DNA of 63,326 nucleotides, filler included, from an uncultured Methanosarcinales archaeon (GTDB taxonomy: Archaea; Nanobdellota; Nanobdellia; Woesearchaeales; CALCXY01), in the NCBI GenBank assembly GCA_964385185.1. It is 9 parts of 9 records of this genome, joined end to end, with 100 filler letters (N's around TTAATTAATTAA, not from the genome) between each part and the next. Parts side by side here need not be neighbours in the genome. Positions count along the whole stretch, not along the records: positions 57,880 to 63,326 come from CAYLOA010000046.1; 8 more parts are not named here. One strand, given 5' to 3'. The number at the start of each line of letters is the position of its first letter. The stretch's first letter is position 1. Below are positions 60,044 through 63,326 of the stretch, piece after piece. Both the position numbers and the translations under genes were made by a program. A model generated the notes under the pieces. That model saw nothing but the letters and a program-made list of their open reading frames with translations, was not told where the DNA came from and did not search any database.

Positions 60044-60472
60044 TCAATTCAAAAACTCCTCTCTTTGTATTTCTTCAGTAATGTCGATGATTTTAGATTC
60101 TGTTATGGATTGTAGATGGAGTTTTGCTTTGAAGTTATACCAGGTATTCATTTCTTTGAAAATAGTGTCTACAATGATGTTGTAGCCATTATTTGATTTG
60201 TAGATTGAATTTACATTGGGGTGTTTAGCTAAAAATTGAATGACGGTGTCTGGTTCAAGGGCGGAGAGGAGTATTTTCTTCCTGATGTTGTATCCTAGCT
60301 TTGGAAAGTCTAGGATTGTTGTGAACTTTTTTATTGTTGTCCTGTTGTGCTTTTTTAATTTTTCAAATACGGTTGAAATTGGGGTGTCCGTTGCTTTTGC
60401 AATGTCAGCCATGGATTTTCTTGCGTCTTGTCTTAGATGGGTTAATATTTGTAGTTCTCTTTGATCAAGCAT
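60044..60472 (-). CDS. Lrp/AsnC-family regulator
   Basis: LDQRELQILTHLRQDARKSMADIAK..PISTV, LDFPKLGY. Confidence 0.9.
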   Translation of the reverse strand: MLDQRELQILTHLRQDARKSMADIAKATDTPISTVFEKLKKHNRTTIKKFTTILDFPKLGYNIRKKILLSALEPDTVIQFLAKHPNVNSIYKSNNGYNIIVDTIFKEMNTWYNFKAKLHLQSITESKIIDITEEIQREEFLN

Positions 60473-60809
60473 GTTTTAACCTCCTATTTGCTAAGAATGC
60501 CAGCACAATGTAACCCAAAACTATGGCTAGGTCAACAATATAGATAATTTGATAATTCAAAGGGAAATAGGGAAATACTTTTGCTGTTAATACTTTAAAG
60601 AGTAGTGCACTGAACCCATAGTAAATACAAAGGTAGTAGCCATACTTGCTTTCTTTTGCAAGGTAGTACATTGTTACTCCAAGAAAGAGAGCAGTCCTGA
60701 AGATTCTGGAACTGTCTAGGGTGTTGAGAAGGTGTCCTCTTGATAAGCTAGCTAAAGATAATAATATAGTTCCGATTATCAATAGTGTGTTCATAATTTT
60801 AGTTTTCAT
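60465..60809 (-). CDS. Four-TM hypothetical membrane protein
   Basis: Hydrophobic ORF overlapping both neighbours. Confidence 0.7.
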   Translation of the reverse strand: MKTKIMNTLLIIGTILLSLASLSRGHLLNTLDSSRIFRTALFLGVTMYYLAKESKYGYYLCIYYGFSALLFKVLTAKVFPYFPLNYQIIYIVDLAIVLGYIVLAFLANRRLKHA

Positions 60810-61981
60810 AATTTCATCTCCAATCCAATAGTAAAGTTGTGACTGTTGGATTCCCCTTTTACTGTATTTTCTAAAACGTCATTCTTGTTATATTCATACT
60901 TAGCAGAGATTCCTAGTCTCTTTGTGAGTGGTTTAAAGAGTTCTAGGCCTGCTGAGTAGCCTTTGGGTTGTAGTTTACTTCTTGAGAGGTTGGTGTAAGC
61001 AAATGGTGAGGCTTGTACCCCTAGAATTGGTTTATTTACTAGTTTAATTCCTGCTCTGACTCTGTCTAGTTTAGATTCTCCAATGTAGGTATCATCAATA
61101 CCTAAAGAAATCTCCCAAAGGTTTTCATTTTCTATGTACGTGGTGGTATTAAAAAAAGATCCTTTGGGAGTAAGGTAAAGATTAACTAAGGGAGGAGTAA
61201 TTTCTGTGTCTTTTATTTTTAGTTTGGTTGTTTTTCTGGTTCTTTCTCCTTTGAATAGGTAATTGGTGTTTGCTAATATTGAATCCCAGAATTTTGTTGA
61301 AATACCCAGGGCAAGTCCTGATTGAATAAGAAAATCTTTTCTTTGGATTGCAATTCCATCCTCATTCAATTCTTGAATGTAAGAAACTGGATCCCAGAAT
61401 TTATCTAGAGGTTTGCTAAAAGCCCAAATCCCATATAGGAGGTTTTCTGAATTAGTTAGTATATATCCCAGACCTTCATCAAATGTTTGAGTGTCTATGG
61501 TTTTCGAATGGAGAAATTGAGAATTAAGTTGTTCTTGGTTCATTCCCGAAACAGTCCCTGCATTGTCTGCTTTTTTTGTTATTGGTTGTGTATATGTGGC
61601 ATCAAAATTAGGATACCCCTTACTCCAATCACGTAGGTCAAGTTTGAATTTGTACCCTTTTTGAGTTCTTCCCACTCTTGCATGTCCAAATTCATGCGAA
61701 TAAAATCTTGATGCTGCATTTGTATATCCTAAGGTGCAAAATTGTGCTAATCTACCTAAGAAGTGTTTGTCTGTTTTATTGGCAAGTAGATCGCCCACCT
61801 TACCCAAACTTTGATTTACTGAATGCCAGACTTTTGTATTTGATTCAGCATTATCCATAGGATTGTTTGAGTCTACTTGGATGGTTCTTTGAGGTTGTGG
61901 TGGATCAGCTTTTACTGGTAAGTATAATGATGATGCTAATGCCAATGTTGTTAATGTTTTTTTTAAGTTCATAGTTATCAC
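60806..61981 (-). CDS. Secreted protein with HExxH motif and beta-strand-rich C-terminus
   Basis: Signal peptide, FYSHEFGHA, alternating hydrophobic strands to the C-terminus. Confidence 0.7.
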   Translation of the reverse strand: MITMNLKKTLTTLALASSLYLPVKADPPQPQRTIQVDSNNPMDNAESNTKVWHSVNQSLGKVGDLLANKTDKHFLGRLAQFCTLGYTNAASRFYSHEFGHARVGRTQKGYKFKLDLRDWSKGYPNFDATYTQPITKKADNAGTVSGMNQEQLNSQFLHSKTIDTQTFDEGLGYILTNSENLLYGIWAFSKPLDKFWDPVSYIQELNEDGIAIQRKDFLIQSGLALGISTKFWDSILANTNYLFKGERTRKTTKLKIKDTEITPPLVNLYLTPKGSFFNTTTYIENENLWEISLGIDDTYIGESKLDRVRAGIKLVNKPILGVQASPFAYTNLSRSKLQPKGYSAGLELFKPLTKRLGISAKYEYNKNDVLENTVKGESNSHNFTIGLEMKL

Positions 61982-62152
61982 TAGGTTGTTTTTTATGAAT
62001 ATTCACCAGTTTTTTTGAATAATATCCGATGTTTCAAAGATATTTGTGTTATAGTAGAGAAGTGGAATGTTTGATATAAATATTTTTAATGTTAAATATA
62101 TATGTATATGTATATTCGATAGATTTTTATATGGTGGTAGATTACTCTTTTT

Positions 62153-63091
62153 ATGAGAAGAAAGGTAACATTACATGGACCAGCAACATTATCTGTTTCG
62201 TTGCCTTTGAAATGGGCTCGATTAAATAATATTAAGAAAGGTGATGAGGTGGATGTTGATGAACAGAAGAGTAGTTTAATTATTAGTAAGAATGCTGTTG
62301 AAGGAGAGAGAAAAGAAATTAGTGTTGATATTCCAGATTTAGAAGGTCGTTTGGTTATGTTTTTAGTTCGGGATTTGTATATATCTGGTTATACTACCAT
62401 TACTCTTCGATTTAATAATACTCATACCTTCCATGATAGAGTCAAAAAAGAAGTTACTGTTCAATCTTTAATAAGTAGAGAAGTTCGTAGGTTGATGGGA
62501 CTAGAAGTTGTGAGTATTAGTGAAAATTCTTGCACTATGAAGTCTATGGTTAAAGAGTCTTCTGAGCAGTTTGATCAGAGTATACGACGATCATTTTTAT
62601 TGCTAAAGGATATGTTTTCAGTATTGCAGAAAGCTGTTGAAGAGGGATCTGATTCATTGACGGAGGTTGCAAATGATACTCACGATCAGATTACTACATT
62701 TATTTCTTATAATTTGAGGACGCTTGGAAAAATTGGGTATAAGGATTCTAGTACAACGATGAAGTTGTATAATTACTTGTTTAAATTGGATGATATATTG
62801 GATATTGCTAAATATATGTATAGAGAAATATCTGAGTATGTTCCTTTGAAAAGAATGAAGGATATTACTCATCAGTTTCAGAAACATTTTGATTTATCAT
62901 ATCATTTGTATTATGAGTATGGATTGGATAAAGAACAAGAAATTAGAGAATTGAAGATTAAGATGGAAAAAGAAGTTTTAAAATTGTATAAGAATGCTAC
63001 TGAACAAGAGAGGAGATATTTACACTTTGTTGAATCAATAGTTGAGGAGACTTTTAAGTTGAATAGGATTACAATGAGTTTGGTTTATTAG
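62153..63091 (+). CDS. AbrB-PhoU family regulator
   Basis: RKVTLHGPATLSVSLPLKW...KKGDEV AbrB domain; LYISGY; RRLMGLEVV; PhoU-like helical repeats. Confidence 0.88.
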   Translation: MRRKVTLHGPATLSVSLPLKWARLNNIKKGDEVDVDEQKSSLIISKNAVEGERKEISVDIPDLEGRLVMFLVRDLYISGYTTITLRFNNTHTFHDRVKKEVTVQSLISREVRRLMGLEVVSISENSCTMKSMVKESSEQFDQSIRRSFLLLKDMFSVLQKAVEEGSDSLTEVANDTHDQITTFISYNLRTLGKIGYKDSSTTMKLYNYLFKLDDILDIAKYMYREISEYVPLKRMKDITHQFQKHFDLSYHLYYEYGLDKEQEIRELKIKMEKEVLKLYKNATEQERRYLHFVESIVEETFKLNRITMSLVY

Positions 63092-63324
63092 AGTTTAGCG
63101 AATGCTTTTTTCATTTGAGTTACTGATTTATATCTGTCTTTGGCGTGGTATTGTAATGATTTTCTTAGGAAAGGTCTGTACCTTCTTGGAATCTCTTGTA
63201 GTTTTTGGTTTAATGCAGAGGTGTATTGATCCTTTGGAAGTTCGTTTATCTCCCCTAGTGCATTTTCATCATGATTTAATGTAAATAGAAATGTTGCTCC
63301 AAGGCAAAATACATCATATCTGGT
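63088..63324 (-). CDS. C-terminal lobe of a Ser/Thr protein kinase (cut by window end; not in ORF track)
   Basis: TRYDVFCLGATF (subdomain IX) ... FLRKSLQYHAKDRYKSVTQMKKA (subdomain XI Arg). Confidence 0.7.
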   Translation of the reverse strand, partial: TRYDVFCLGATFLFTLNHDENALGEINELPKDQYTSALNQKLQEIPRRYRPFLRKSLQYHAKDRYKSVTQMKKAFAKL

Positions 63325-63326
63325 AT

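Overview
This is not one continuous locus. It is nine short (about 5.4-8.3 kb) contigs of a low-GC archaeal draft genome (MAG/SAG), in decreasing size order and joined by artificial 100-nt N44-TTAATTAATTAA-N44 linkers, plus one 100-N scaffold gap. The gene content (PolD DP1/DP2, Orc1/Cdc6, archaeal histone, TFE, Hjc, GatD, Cdc48, archease, HerA/Mre11, KKG-type class III signal peptides, giant surface proteins) indicates an archaeon, most likely DPANN/Woesearchaeota-like (inference). Housekeeping content includes folC, trxB, tpiA, gatD, cdc48, alaXM, cspA, tatD, archease, polD, cdc6 with an adjacent ORB-containing oriC candidate, tfe, hjc, histone, rnz, ribC-ribH-ribD, topA and herA. Main unexplained signals: (1) a dispersed family of GC-rich intergenic three-way-junction elements on four contigs with compensatory changes and strand-consistent G-U pairs; (2) an intact NfnAB/SudAB-like operon that has lost nearly all Fe-S ligands and the bifurcation-site Arg, with a 4xCxxC protein inserted between the subunits; (3) two paralogous multi-pass membrane proteins with different cargo domains (one a papain-family protease), an unannotated RHH regulator and a shared upstream 13-mer; (4) four GTAGTGCCTAA repeats before a tiny beta-sheet DNA-binding ORF coupled to a giant surface protein; (5) a tRNA 3'-end remnant (att-like) next to RHH/HExxH genes; (6) a J-domain-variant/vWA operon with a beta-barrel-like protein. 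All calls come from reading the sequence and recalled family motifs; no searches were run.
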